Shown: positions 9,507 through 19,830 of the stretch, piece after piece | Layout: each line of letters opens with the position of its first letter | Numbering within the stretch: position 1 is the first letter of the stretch | Assembly: GCA_011364985.1 (NCBI GenBank) | Contig: RDOC01000005.1 | Coordinates: forward strand, 32,001 to 96,000 | Reading direction: 5' to 3' | Length of the DNA stretch: 64,000 nt | From: Candidatus Thorarchaeota archaeon | Lineage (GTDB): Archaea > Asgardarchaeota > Thorarchaeia > Thorarchaeales > Thorarchaeaceae | Notes under the pieces: model-generated | What the model saw: only the letters and a program-made list of their open reading frames with translations | Told to the model about the DNA's origin: nothing | Databases searched by the model: none | Translations under genes and position numbers: made by a program

Positions 9507-10487
9507 TTATAGCACTAACAACAGATGCGAAACCATCGAAACCATGCTGAATAGAAGTGCCACTGATGACAACTTTCGCAACAGATTAACTATGCTAGTG
9601 ATGCTTTGTTTGGAAGGGTTCTTTCTCATCCAGAGAGATTCCAGAAGAACTCGCCAACCGGTACTTGCCACCCCGACCCAGAAGAGGCCGGCAAATAATG
9701 CTGTGTCGGGAAACTCCTGGAAGAGACAGTAAGGACAATGATGACTTGTGAGTCCAAGAATAAGCGGAGCATATGTATCGTGAAGAGCAACCAGATACAA
9801 TACTGAAACAGCAGCAGCTAAGAAAATGACAACTTCTCTAAAAGATCGGAATCTCACTTCGATCCACTGGATAAAGATAAGAAGAAGAGTCAGTATTATG
9901 GTAGCTTCCATTATAATCCAACCAACCTCCGGACCAAGAATTGCTGATGGAGAGAAAGGGGGATCAACGTCATAGACACTCGAACAACAAGGTGCATAGA
10001 CTGGTCTGATAGAAGCCACCAAGAAGAGATCCATTGTGCTGTCCAAGAGGATCAAGGGTACAAGTAGAATCAGGAAGGTGCGCACAAGATCACGCATAAA
10101 GACTAGATTTGGGTTACGACGATTTGCAACTTCTAGAACGAGCCAGCTGCCATATGCGAAAGGGAGTAAGAGCTTTAAAACTAGAGCAATTGTGGACCAA
10201 GGATTTCCAACGTTAATAACACCATAGGAACACATTGCCCCTGGACAGTAGGGAACCAGCGACTGCAGCATCCAGAAAAACACTGGAACATTGAGTAGAC
10301 GAGCAGCAAGTACGATTATTCCAATCATACCTAGAAGATAGTAACGTTGTTCGGCAGCTAGCTGCTGTTCGTTGTTCCCGGTTGTTTTTTCCAGAATCTC
10401 TGATGACACATAGCCACCATATAGCGCAAGTGCTAATGACAATACACCAATGACAAGAACCACCACTGTTGTAACAGTAACAATCAT
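9507..10487 (-). CDS. Polytopic membrane protein with conserved Cys motifs
   Basis: About 8 TMs; CPGAMC, PCCSSVY, HHCPYCL. Confidence 0.85.
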   Translation of the reverse strand: MIVTVTTVVVLVIGVLSLALALYGGYVSSEILEKTTGNNEQQLAAEQRYYLLGMIGIIVLAARLLNVPVFFWMLQSLVPYCPGAMCSYGVINVGNPWSTIALVLKLLLPFAYGSWLVLEVANRRNPNLVFMRDLVRTFLILLVPLILLDSTMDLFLVASIRPVYAPCCSSVYDVDPPFSPSAILGPEVGWIIMEATIILTLLLIFIQWIEVRFRSFREVVIFLAAAVSVLYLVALHDTYAPLILGLTSHHCPYCLFQEFPDTALFAGLFWVGVASTGWRVLLESLWMRKNPSKQSITSIVNLLRKLSSVALLFSMVSMVSHLLLVL

Positions 10488-10628
10488 TGGATATCACACT
10501 TGAGGACATTTTGGATTCCAAACCAGCACTAAAGCGTTCCGAAAACCATACCATTCAGTTATGGGTATTGCTTAGGTGTACTAGAGAAAAGATTGAAACT
10601 AACTCCTCATGATCGAGAGCATCTTTGA

Positions 10629-10924
10629 GCTACCCTGGTACTTCCGCGGAGGCAGGAATATCGCTAAGACAGAGTCCAGTTATTGTTATCAAGAATACAC
10701 AACTGCATTAGTCTCATAAACAGAAGCAATTGCTGGCATCTGTCGCAGAAAGAGATGAGATTCTCTTTCAAAGAGCGGTCTATGACAATTACATGGCAGA
10801 CGGAATGCAAATGGCAGCACGGGGCCACACGGGTTCAGCTATTGGGTTTCCTTGTAGATATTCGCATAGTAGCTTAGACAATAATGCTAGAGGATGTAGC
10901 AAATGCCATCAGATTGCTTCTTGA
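10629..10924 (+). pseudogene. Remnant of M42 (TET-type) aminopeptidase C-terminus
   Basis: Frame reads SYPGTSAEAGISLRQSPVIVIKNTQLH*SHKQKQLLASVAERDEILFQRAVYD...SAIGFPCRYSHS. In-frame TAG at 10709; no N-terminal half. Confidence 0.65.
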
Positions 10925-10951
10925 GTTCTTGGCTGTTTCAAGGGAATTGCA

Positions 10952-11341
10952 TTAGTCACAAGATTCTAGTGGTATCACGCGAACTCGCATATGGTCTCTG
11001 CTGACCACCTTTACATCTACTCCGGTCGGTATTTCACCTTCATCACATCTAGCATCCCAAATCTCAGCTCCAACCTTAATCTTCCCCGAACGCTGTGTTA
11101 CGGGTTCTATGACCTTCCCCATCATTCCTTCGAGGTTGTAGAGCATGTAGCTGCCATCTTGGAGGGATGGGTACACCAAGTAGTACTTCACTGCGACAAA
11201 AATAGCAGCCCCAATAATCAGGGCAATAGTAGCATAGACGACAAGATCGGGTATGAAATAGTATACAAGGACAATTGCTATTGGGACTAGAATAAGTTCA
11301 TCTATCGTTATCACTATGAATTTGACTTTTGCTGATACCAT
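10952..11341 (-). CDS. NfeD-like membrane protein
   Basis: 2 TMs plus OB-fold pattern GKVIEP..GKIKVGAEIWDA..IPTG..VKVV. Confidence 0.88.
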   Translation of the reverse strand: MVSAKVKFIVITIDELILVPIAIVLVYYFIPDLVVYATIALIIGAAIFVAVKYYLVYPSLQDGSYMLYNLEGMMGKVIEPVTQRSGKIKVGAEIWDARCDEGEIPTGVDVKVVSRDHMRVRVIPLESCD

Positions 11342-11692
11342 TGCTCTCAGGTTTACATTGATTCCTTAGCAGAAAAGGGTTTGTGAAAAGGGCAACGAAA
11401 TGCCGTAGTGAGTCTTACCGCATCATTGAATAGTCGTGTCGATTGTATCTGACATTCAGCCACTCTTTTGAAGATCGAAATGATCCAAGTCATGGCCAGC
11501 GCTGCACTGCTGTCTGCTTTACTTACGTTCCTATACCAGCAAGAGAGCATTTGAATACAACGAGTTCTTTATGAGAATCCTTGTTGGTGCATATGCCGCA
11601 CCAGCTTTCATTGCAAGCTACTTTAGAAGAGCAGAAGATAACAGGAAGGAGATATCATCTGTAGAGTCGGCAGTCTAGTTCAAGAGAAACAA

Positions 11693-11712
11693 AGAGGGGA
11701 AAGAACCCCTCT
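11693..11712 (-). terminator. Intrinsic-terminator-like hairpin after the MFS gene
   Basis: Minus strand AGAGGGG-TTCTTT-CCCCTCT followed by TTGTTTCTCTT, just past the MFS stop codon. Confidence 0.6.
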
Positions 11713-11719
11713 CGTATCT

Positions 11720-13075
11720 CTAAGAGGCCCCTATCGCTTGGTCTCCAACCTCGCCGGTTCTAATCGCCAGAGTAAGTATCAGGGCCACAACAAAGAAGGC
11801 GATGGAAACAGGATACATCAGAGTTATGCTTGTTATATCAAAAATCACGCCGGTCGCAAAGGGTCCAAAGATTGCAGCACTCATGCTTGCAAAGTAGTAC
11901 AAACCGGTTCCTGCACCGAGCCGTTTTTGTCCAAGCAACTGCCAAACTATGACTATGCTGTTCACATTCACCATTGCCCAACCAACTCCAGCGACTACAA
12001 GAATACCCAGAATAGTGTAATAGTCGCTCACAACCCAAAGAGCCACTAGAGCAGCAAGCATTATGACTAGGCCACCAAGAATTGTTTTCTTTCTTCCAAT
12101 TCTGCCTGCAATGAATCCTGCTGGAACTGCAAATATAACAAAGGCCAACGCAATGCCATTGAGAAGGAAGGAAGCATCTGCTGTTGCGAAACCTAGGACT
12201 TCTTTCCCATACTTTGTGAACCAAGTTTCTATGGCGTTATAGCCAAGGAACCAGAAGAAGATAGCACCAAGGATAGCTATGGCAGATTTATCATCTGAGA
12301 AGGACACCTGCCGCATAGCTTCGAGTATTCCAATTTCCTCTTGCTCTTCTTCTTCTTCTCGTTTAGGAGAATCTGTTTCCTTTATGACTAGGAAAAGCAC
12401 AATTACTGCAATAATCATGATTAGAGAAGTGGTTACAAAGGCCAGTACTGGTCCGATTTGCCAAATTTGAACATGAAATATACTGGCCAAGTTCGTGTCT
12501 CGAATCTTGTATATTTGGGATGCAACAGCATAAGCATAGATGGCTCCGATACCGCCCATGAGATTGATAACCCCATTGGCTTTTGACCGGTGCTCTGAAG
12601 GCACTAGGTCGGGCATGAGAGCTACTACTGGCGCACGATAGAAGGCCATAGCCACATTGAATACGGTAATCATTCCAAACATAACCCAGAACATAGAAGC
12701 TGCCCAACCGTACGCAATTAGCGAGAAGTAAATTGCAGCAATTGGTGTTCCAATCAGAATATAGGGCATTCTTCTACCCCATCTCGTGCGTGTCTTGTCT
12801 GAACGGGCACCTATGTATGGTTGGAGAAACAAGGCAAGAATATTATCCAACACCATTATCGCACCGATAATGGTGTTCTCAAAATCGCCTGAGATGAAAG
12901 CCGGGAGGAAGTCTGCAGGGAGGTAGCTGTTGTAAACGCTCCAGCTTACACCTGTAGTGAAAAAGCCAAGGCCAATAGCAAGAACATAGAGCCACCGCAT
13001 CTTTGGTGCCTCATTTGCATTGGTTTCACCGACTTCATCGTCTGCAACGGATTCATTTTCATCCTCGTATGTCAA
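11720..13075 (-). CDS. MFS transporter (SLC45/GPH sugar-type)
   Basis: 12 TMs; SDKTRTRWGRRMPY and RSKANGVINLMGG. Confidence 0.92.
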   Translation of the reverse strand: MTYEDENESVADDEVGETNANEAPKMRWLYVLAIGLGFFTTGVSWSVYNSYLPADFLPAFISGDFENTIIGAIMVLDNILALFLQPYIGARSDKTRTRWGRRMPYILIGTPIAAIYFSLIAYGWAASMFWVMFGMITVFNVAMAFYRAPVVALMPDLVPSEHRSKANGVINLMGGIGAIYAYAVASQIYKIRDTNLASIFHVQIWQIGPVLAFVTTSLIMIIAVIVLFLVIKETDSPKREEEEEQEEIGILEAMRQVSFSDDKSAIAILGAIFFWFLGYNAIETWFTKYGKEVLGFATADASFLLNGIALAFVIFAVPAGFIAGRIGRKKTILGGLVIMLAALVALWVVSDYYTILGILVVAGVGWAMVNVNSIVIVWQLLGQKRLGAGTGLYYFASMSAAIFGPFATGVIFDITSITLMYPVSIAFFVVALILTLAIRTGEVGDQAIGAS

Positions 13076-13261
13076 CTTGTACCGCTCCTTCCGAAAGAAA
13101 GCTGATTAACAAGCGCTTTCAGGAAATCTTGAGTGCACAATCGGATATATGAATGATGGCAAGGAAACCAATAGGAAGATCTTAGAAACGGGGAAGGTTC
13201 TTCTCGTAGTGTTTCGAGAGCAGTCCAGAATCAGTTCATCATTTCCAGTTCACGAGGATGT

Positions 13262-14113
13262 ATGACACAGATGAGAATTCGAAATATGAATACAAACGAC
13301 CTTGGCTTTGCTATAAGCCTAACAGAACAGGAGAAATGGGGTAGTATTAGAGAGGATTTTCAGGAACTCCTGCTTTTCGACCCAAATGGATCCTTTATTG
13401 CAGAAATGAATGGCGAACCAATCGGAATGGTATGCGCAATTTCCTATGGGTCCTTTGGATTCATTGGAAACCTGATAGTCCGATCAGAATATCGAAAGAG
13501 CGGCTATGGAACAACTCTGATGAGTCATGCCATCGCGTATCTCAAAGGGAAAGGAACAGATACTGTAATGCTTGATGCAGTACAGAAAGCAGTACCTTTA
13601 TACAAGAAGCTAGGTTTCAAAGAGATGTGCAACTCACTTAGGTACGAGGGACGCGTTGAGCCAGAGACTTCCAGCAATTCTCGGGATATGGAAGACAAGG
13701 ATATGATGCACATTCTAGGGATTGACAGGAAGCACTTCGGAGCCAATAGATTTCTTTTCCTTGGGAGCAGTTTGTCCAGGGACCCAGATTTGGCCCGTGT
13801 TATTGAAGTGGGAGGCAGAATAGTTGGTTACATAATGGGAAGTAAGCGGCATGGGTTTGTTAGGCTGGCACCATGGATAATCTCGGAGTGCCCTGAGCTT
13901 GCCAATGAGATGCTACGCGATTTTGCAGTACGTGTAGAAGGAAAGCAGATCAAGCTAGGAGTTCTCGAATCTAATACTCATGCTGTAAAAGTCATGAAGG
14001 CCCACGCGTTCTATCAGAAGAGCTATTCTGTTCGAATGGTCCTTGGCGCTTTGCCGAGAGATATGCAACCGTCAAACGCAGTATATGCAATAGGGTCCGC
14101 TATGCGTGGATGA
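13262..14113 (+). CDS. GNAT N-acetyltransferase (tandem GNAT, YitH-like)
   Basis: VRSEYRKSGYGTTL and AVPLYKKLGF; second degenerate GNAT domain. Confidence 0.9.
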   Translation: MTQMRIRNMNTNDLGFAISLTEQEKWGSIREDFQELLLFDPNGSFIAEMNGEPIGMVCAISYGSFGFIGNLIVRSEYRKSGYGTTLMSHAIAYLKGKGTDTVMLDAVQKAVPLYKKLGFKEMCNSLRYEGRVEPETSSNSRDMEDKDMMHILGIDRKHFGANRFLFLGSSLSRDPDLARVIEVGGRIVGYIMGSKRHGFVRLAPWIISECPELANEMLRDFAVRVEGKQIKLGVLESNTHAVKVMKAHAFYQKSYSVRMVLGALPRDMQPSNAVYAIGSAMRG

Positions 14114-15284
14114 CCATTTTCTTTCGTCGTGACCTCATTCTCTCAATCCTAGCCCCTAAGTTAACCTCACTAATACGATTCGCCACAAATGGTGACGCAG
14201 CTATTAGGGCAACAGCAAGGAGCCAGACTACGGAGATATCGATTGTTGCATGGCTATAGGTTCCCTGAACAAACATCTCAATCATAGTGCGATATGCATT
14301 GGAGAAGGGCACATACTCGTTGAGAACTGTGAAGCCCATTCCGGTCAAAGATAGTGGTGCGATCCCACCTCCAGTGATCCAGTAAAAGAGAGCAACCAGT
14401 GCGCAAAGTGGAACAACATACACCGAGTTTCTTGCCATCGACCCTAATATTGTTCCCACGCCTGCAGTAAAGATAGCCAATGGTAGCGTCATCGCAAGGA
14501 ACGTGAGTATGTCACCTCTAGGTAGAACACCATATAATCCCCATCCCAGAAACAACACCGCTGGAATGGAAATGTAGCTTAGAACTGCTCCACTCAACAT
14601 TTTTCCAGCATAGATCGCATATGGAGACCGATTGGAGAGTGTGAGTTCCTCGATTGTGCTCTGTTCATACTCTTGTGCTGTCGCTGATGCTGCAAGGAAC
14701 ATTCCTCCAAAAGATATGCCGTATACCATAACTGTCCATGCCATATACGCCAACCTTGGAGGAGTATACTCATTCAACAGTTCTACATTGAAATCGACTT
14801 TCGCATCCTCAGTGAGATAGGTCTGATAGAAGATGTCAAGCTTCCTGATGACAGGCATACGTAGGTTCTTTGTCATGTCCTCGTGGGCATTGTTAACCAT
14901 AATGTGGATACTAGTTGATTGGTTATTTTGAAGAGCTTCTTCAAATCCTTCAGGGATCGTAATCACAAGCAGAATCTCACCAGTTTCAAATAGGCGGTTC
15001 GCAGTATCGCTATCCAGCTCAACTAGCCTCAAGCTGGGAGGAATTGGATCATGCGTTCCCAGAATCTCAATCAATCCATTTGTGTAGAATTCGGGATTCT
15101 GTTCCTCAACCACAAGAGCAGTATCAACACCCGGTCCGGCATATACTCCGCCCATTAGCAGCACGAAAGCGGAGTAGTATAGTAGAGGAAAGAGTATGAC
15201 AAATCCCAGCCGCTCCTTGTTTCTGAGCCAAGTCTTGATCTCTTTCACAAATGATGCACGAAGTACTCTGGACCGATCACTCAT
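14100..15284 (-). CDS. ABC-2 type exporter permease
   Basis: TM, extracellular domain (IPEGF), 5 TMs; EYEQSTIEEL motif. Confidence 0.9.
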   Translation of the reverse strand: MSDRSRVLRASFVKEIKTWLRNKERLGFVILFPLLYYSAFVLLMGGVYAGPGVDTALVVEEQNPEFYTNGLIEILGTHDPIPPSLRLVELDSDTANRLFETGEILLVITIPEGFEEALQNNQSTSIHIMVNNAHEDMTKNLRMPVIRKLDIFYQTYLTEDAKVDFNVELLNEYTPPRLAYMAWTVMVYGISFGGMFLAASATAQEYEQSTIEELTLSNRSPYAIYAGKMLSGAVLSYISIPAVLFLGWGLYGVLPRGDILTFLAMTLPLAIFTAGVGTILGSMARNSVYVVPLCALVALFYWITGGGIAPLSLTGMGFTVLNEYVPFSNAYRTMIEMFVQGTYSHATIDISVVWLLAVALIAASPFVANRISEVNLGARIERMRSRRKKMVIHA

Positions 15285-16414
15285 GAACGCTCAACCTCCT
15301 GTGCCATTAGCTTCGTGGAAAGAAGTGTGAACACTATCCACATTGTCAGTAGAGCAACCATGCCAAATAGAAGCCCAGACATAGTATCATAGAAGAACAC
15401 ACGAGCCCACATGCTTATAGAATGAGTCGTTGGAAGCATCATCACCAGAGCTCTGAGCTCTCTTGGCATCAAACCAATTGGGGCAAGGCCACCTCCAGCA
15501 AGAAAACAAACAACGCTGAATAGAACCGAGAAAAGGATTGCAGTTTCCCTCTTTTTAGACCGAAGACCAATAATATCGCCTATAGGTACAAGGACCAAGA
15601 TAGAGAGCAAGAGGATTAGTCCAAGTATTACCGGATTGCCAGCAGGAAGTGTTCCGGTGCCAAGCAGGATAACTGGCACAGTAATCAAGAGCACAAAAAG
15701 AGAGCGGGGAATTGCAGCAATCGTGTGGGCAACCACTATGGCAATTCTACTCGTTGGCGAGTTCAATGTATCATAAACTGCCTTTGTTTCAAAATCAGAT
15801 GCGGTAGCAAGGGCTTGCCCAGTGACAGAGCAGACAATGACAGATAGAACTACTGCTACTGCATACATATAGGCGAGGTTTGACGGAGTTACGTCTAGAT
15901 TCAGAGTTTCATTGAGAGCAACCCGTGCATCAGATTGATCGTATTCTGGATAGATTGCACCCTGATTATAGAGAAGAACTGCAGCCTCAATTCTATGCAC
16001 ATAATTCTTGACAACATCATCATTCAGATTGACTATGTAGATGACAACTACCGCTTTAATGCCCGCAGTTATGTTTACTCCAAACCCTTCAGGGATTAGA
16101 ACATATGCAATAAGTTCGCCGCTTTGAAATAAGTCCATTGCAGTCGCAGAATCATACCGGCTCATTTTGAACCAAGTATGATTCGTAGTAGAAACCATAT
16201 TCTCTAGGATGAGGGCCATATCTTCTGCTTGTGTTGATGAGTCTTCGACAACAAGTCCACAGACAAAGGATTCACCTCCTCCAACTTGAGCCCACATGAT
16301 TGCATAGACCAATGCGAGCACAAATGGAACTATCAGGCTGGGGGCAACGAATCTTGGGTCTCTTTTTGCTTGCTTCAGGTCCTTCCTTACTATGGCGGCA
16401 ATCTCCCTTAGCAA
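15281..16414 (-). CDS. ABC-2 type exporter permease
   Basis: AIVRKDLKQAKRD and IPEGF; paralog of the adjacent permease. Confidence 0.9.
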   Translation of the reverse strand: MLREIAAIVRKDLKQAKRDPRFVAPSLIVPFVLALVYAIMWAQVGGGESFVCGLVVEDSSTQAEDMALILENMVSTTNHTWFKMSRYDSATAMDLFQSGELIAYVLIPEGFGVNITAGIKAVVVIYIVNLNDDVVKNYVHRIEAAVLLYNQGAIYPEYDQSDARVALNETLNLDVTPSNLAYMYAVAVVLSVIVCSVTGQALATASDFETKAVYDTLNSPTSRIAIVVAHTIAAIPRSLFVLLITVPVILLGTGTLPAGNPVILGLILLLSILVLVPIGDIIGLRSKKRETAILFSVLFSVVCFLAGGGLAPIGLMPRELRALVMMLPTTHSISMWARVFFYDTMSGLLFGMVALLTMWIVFTLLSTKLMAQEVERS

Positions 16415-16416
16415 CT

Positions 16417-17379
16417 CTAATCCCTCAACTTTGATCCTGTTATCGTCAGAAACACATCACCCAGAGAGGGCTCTCTCAGGGAGGCCTGCTTAACCCTCAG
16501 GTTGCGCTTTGTGAGTCGTTCGATTACTATTGGAAGATCAGAATGACCTGACTGACTCCGAATCCATGCCGTTCGGGGGCCTCCATCAAGAGGCGCACTT
16601 ACTTTCTCAACCTCCAGTTTTAGCTCCCCAGCGAGCCACTCGGCACCAAGAGCAGAGTCCATGTTCTCGACTAGGACCTCAATGAGATACTCACCCACAT
16701 ATTCGCGCTTCAGGTCGTTTGGTGTGCCTTCAGCCACCAGTTTCCCATTATCAATTATTATTACTCGATCGGCTAATGCTTCGCTCTCATCCATGTAATT
16801 TGTACAAAAAAGAACGGTACGCCCTTCATCCCGCATCTTCCGGACCTGATTCCAAATCAGATTTCGGCTTTGAACATCGACACCAAGAGACATCTCGTCA
16901 AGAATGACAAGCTTGGAGTCATGTAAAATCGACCGGACTAGAGCAAGACGACGCTTCATACCTCCGGAATAGGTCTTCACCAAGTCATCTTTACGATTGG
17001 TAAGTCCAGCGATCTCAAGCATTGATGCAACACGTGAATCAACTTCGGTTTCAGGCACTCCATATAGGTGTGCATGGTATACCAGAGATTCTTGTGCGGT
17101 GAGGTCTTGATATAATGCGGTTTCCTGTGGCATGAAGCCAATCAACTGACGAATCTTGGAGAGGTTCTTTGATACTTCGTAACTATGAATCTTGACACTT
17201 CCAGAACTGGGCTTGAGAATTCCTGTAATCAGTTTGACAGTTGTTGATTTTCCTGCACCATTGGGACCAAGGAGGCCAACTATTTCACCCTGCTCAACTG
17301 AGAATGAGAGGTCATCCAAGGCTTTTCTTTGCTCACCATAGATATGGGTAAGGTTTGAAATTTCTATCATCGAAGGCAA
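16417..17379 (-). CDS. ABC exporter ATP-binding protein (DrrA-like)
   Basis: GPNGAGKST, YSGGMKRR, ILDE, PSLGDVF. Confidence 0.95.
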   Translation of the reverse strand: MPSMIEISNLTHIYGEQRKALDDLSFSVEQGEIVGLLGPNGAGKSTTVKLITGILKPSSGSVKIHSYEVSKNLSKIRQLIGFMPQETALYQDLTAQESLVYHAHLYGVPETEVDSRVASMLEIAGLTNRKDDLVKTYSGGMKRRLALVRSILHDSKLVILDEMSLGVDVQSRNLIWNQVRKMRDEGRTVLFCTNYMDESEALADRVIIIDNGKLVAEGTPNDLKREYVGEYLIEVLVENMDSALGAEWLAGELKLEVEKVSAPLDGGPRTAWIRSQSGHSDLPIVIERLTKRNLRVKQASLREPSLGDVFLTITGSKLRD

Positions 17380-17488
17380 CTAACCACCAACATATCCTTC
17401 AGCAATCGAGAATATGAAATTCGTGTCACTCCAGAGGTAACAACGAGAGATTCATATCCAGAGAGGGTCATCTCAATGAGGAAGGATA

Positions 17489-17794
17489 TTGACACTGGAA
17501 TATATTTTGCAGCCACGAGTTTTGGTTGTTTTGAAAGAATTAAACTGGGGAGACCGATTTGAGAGTGATCTCCAACAGAAGATTTCTGAGATATCAGGTG
17601 GACCTGAGAGTCTGGCCGATATTAGGAATGAGCTATTGAAGAACGGACTGATTTTACAATTGAAGGGAGGACAAGGCAGCCCGTATCTGTCACTGACCTA
17701 TAAGGGCCAGCTCATAGTCGATCGGCTCCTTGAAACAGAAGAGATGCTCGCTTCAGAGGATGTTGACCAGTCTGGAGCGTTACCCCAAGAGTGA
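17489..17794 (+). CDS. Small winged-helix protein
   Basis: LLKNGLI...YLSLTYKG wing motif. Confidence 0.65.
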   Translation: MTLEYILQPRVLVVLKELNWGDRFESDLQQKISEISGGPESLADIRNELLKNGLILQLKGGQGSPYLSLTYKGQLIVDRLLETEEMLASEDVDQSGALPQE

Positions 17795-17833
17795 CAAGGT
17801 CTTGAAAAGGATGCAAAGCTATCTCTAGTTGGT

Positions 17834-18673
17834 ATGGCAATGTCAGATGATGAAATCGTTTCGCAAATGATGAGTCTTGGATTGCACCTAAACGAAGCAA
17901 AAGCATACAAGGCTCTTGTTACCATCGGACAGAGTACAGCTCGAGATGTTGCTTCCAGTTCTGGGATTCCTAGGAGCAAGGTGTATGACGTACTGTACTC
18001 ACTTGAGAACAAGGGACTTGTTCGAAGAATCCTTGGAAGCGAACCAACAGAATTTAGACCATATCCTCCGAAAGAGGCGATTCCCCTTCTTCTTGAGAAA
18101 ATCCAGCAGTCAGGTAAGCTTGTACAGAGAACGTTGGAGAGCTTGGAGAACGAGAGAGGCATTGAGGGTAGAGAGTTAGTGTACACAATAGAGGGGAATG
18201 ATCAGATTAGAATTGAAGTTCGAAGCTTAATCAACAATGCAAAGAAACAGGTGTTTATTTCGACTCTGAACCCTGCCATACTCAGTCTTGCAAGGCCAGC
18301 CTTAGCAAATGCAAAGAAGCAGGGTATAGAAATCAGTCTTGTCACATCACGCAACTTCATCGAAGAATGGCCCGAGTTCAAGCACTATGTAAACATGACA
18401 GATCTGGCAGACGTAAGCCCGCCTGGGATTATGGAGCAGATGAGTGCAGTTCTACAGGACGATTCAGTTATCGATGCAGGATGGAATCCAACACAGATGG
18501 GAATTGTTATTGCGGATAACACAGAGAGTATCGCATTCTTTGGCAGCCATAGAAACCAATCCAAGCCATGGGCATTGACCGTTCGCGTTCCGATGATTGT
18601 TATCTTGCAAAAACATGTGATATCAGCCGTCCTCGCCCAGATAGTACGATTTCTTGAAGGAAGCGCCAAATGA
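17834..18673 (+). CDS. TrmB family transcriptional regulator
   Basis: EAKAYKAL..STARDVA..GIPRSKVYDVLYSLENKGLV; effector domain LINNAKKQV. Confidence 0.92.
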   Translation: MAMSDDEIVSQMMSLGLHLNEAKAYKALVTIGQSTARDVASSSGIPRSKVYDVLYSLENKGLVRRILGSEPTEFRPYPPKEAIPLLLEKIQQSGKLVQRTLESLENERGIEGRELVYTIEGNDQIRIEVRSLINNAKKQVFISTLNPAILSLARPALANAKKQGIEISLVTSRNFIEEWPEFKHYVNMTDLADVSPPGIMEQMSAVLQDDSVIDAGWNPTQMGIVIADNTESIAFFGSHRNQSKPWALTVRVPMIVILQKHVISAVLAQIVRFLEGSAK

Positions 18674-18772
18674 GCAGTTATAGGATAACTTATCCTAGTA
18701 CCTGCTGAGAGTAAGTTCATATTTGAAAGAGGCCATTCTTTCTTGCTGCTCCTGATTGGAGGAAAAAGAGGA

Positions 18773-19585
18773 TTGAAGAAACCGCTTCTCAAGGTTCTTA
18801 GGTGTCCAAAATGCCAGAGGAGCCTATTCATATCTGAGAATAATGCGAATCTAAATGAAATTCACGAAACGACCTTAGCGTGCGAGAAGGGTCACATTTG
18901 GAAGGTAGAGGATGGAATTCCTTCTCTTGTGTTTCCGTCCGTTAGTTCCAAGGATGCAAAATGGATTGCCCAATATGAAGAAATGGCCGAGAGCTACGAT
19001 GATCTTGTCAAGCAGTACGATGATTGGCTTGGCATAGATATGATGAAAGAACGAGAGAGAATTGTTCGTTTCGTTCCGATAGAGGCACCTGTAAAGATAC
19101 TGGATGTAAGCATTGGAACTGCAGCCACCTTTATTGCTTTGTACAATGCATTCCAAGGAAAACAGATGGAACGTTTCAATCTTCATGGGCTCGATCTCTC
19201 TCTTGGCATGCTCAAGGTGGCGAAACAGAAGATAGAGAAAAGAAGCTTGGACATCAGTCTCGTTCACGGGAACGTATTCAATATTCCATACAAGAACAAC
19301 TCGTTCAACATCGTCTATCATAGTGGGGGTATCAATACATTCTCAGATATTGGCCTAGCATTGAACGAGATGCTCAGAGTTGTACGGTCCGGTGGAATTG
19401 TTGTAGTTGTTGATGAGGGGTTGTCTCCAGACATGCGTGAAAGCGAGAAAGGGAAGGAGATTATAAGGACCAATAGTTTATTTGCAGCAAGGCCACCCAT
19501 CGCATACTTGCCTGAGAAGGTAAAGGATGTTGAAATGAACTATATCATGAATGGGACGTTCTATGAGGTTGTATTCAGAAAATAG
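18773..19585 (+). CDS. Class I SAM methyltransferase with N-terminal Trm112-like zinc ribbon
   Basis: LRCPKC..CEKGH.WKVEDGIP; ILDVSIGT, GLDLSLGML, EMLRVVRSGG. Likely TTG start at 18773. Confidence 0.88.
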   Translation: MKKPLLKVLRCPKCQRSLFISENNANLNEIHETTLACEKGHIWKVEDGIPSLVFPSVSSKDAKWIAQYEEMAESYDDLVKQYDDWLGIDMMKERERIVRFVPIEAPVKILDVSIGTAATFIALYNAFQGKQMERFNLHGLDLSLGMLKVAKQKIEKRSLDISLVHGNVFNIPYKNNSFNIVYHSGGINTFSDIGLALNEMLRVVRSGGIVVVVDEGLSPDMRESEKGKEIIRTNSLFAARPPIAYLPEKVKDVEMNYIMNGTFYEVVFRK

Positions 19586-19615
19586 ATGAGTCTGTTAATA
19601 GAAAATAGTCTGTGC

Positions 19616-19726
19616 TCATGTGGCTTCCCACAAGAGCACTTGTTCGCATGTGGCACAACGATGATCGGCTTTCTCGTTGCGACTGGGATGATGAGTAGTT
19701 CGAATGAATTCCTTTTGGTCATTCAT
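19616..19726 (-). CDS. Microprotein D (36 aa) MNDQKEFIRTTHHPSRNEKADHRCATCEQVLLWEAT
   Basis: GAGGT 10 nt upstream of ATG; begins 6 nt after the ORF C stop; CxxC plus His residues. Confidence 0.45.
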   Translation of the reverse strand: MNDQKEFIRTTHHPSRNEKADHRCATCEQVLLWEAT

Positions 19727-19732
19727 AGCGGA

Positions 19733-19825
19733 CTATACCTCTTTGTAAAGATATGAATGTGCAAGCGCCTTGGTCGAAACATGCTGCTTGACACGTCGAT
19801 CATATTCTTTCTTAACTGGAAACAT
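19733..19825 (-). CDS. Microprotein C (30 aa) MFPVKKEYDRRVKQHVSTKALAHSYLYKEV
   Basis: GGAGGT 7 nt upstream of ATG; begins 5 nt after the ORF B stop; similar to ORF B. Confidence 0.55.
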   Translation of the reverse strand: MFPVKKEYDRRVKQHVSTKALAHSYLYKEV

Positions 19826-19830
19826 CGAGC

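Noticed and set aside
11350-11690. Intergenic stretch with a 65-aa minus-strand ORF
   Set aside because: No recognisable family; possibly decayed sequence, but this cannot be supported.
19561-19722. Alternative 53-aa frame for microprotein D (MTKRNSFELL...)
   Set aside because: SD spacing is 14 nt and it overlaps the 3' end of the methyltransferase. Less likely than the 36-aa frame, but not excluded.
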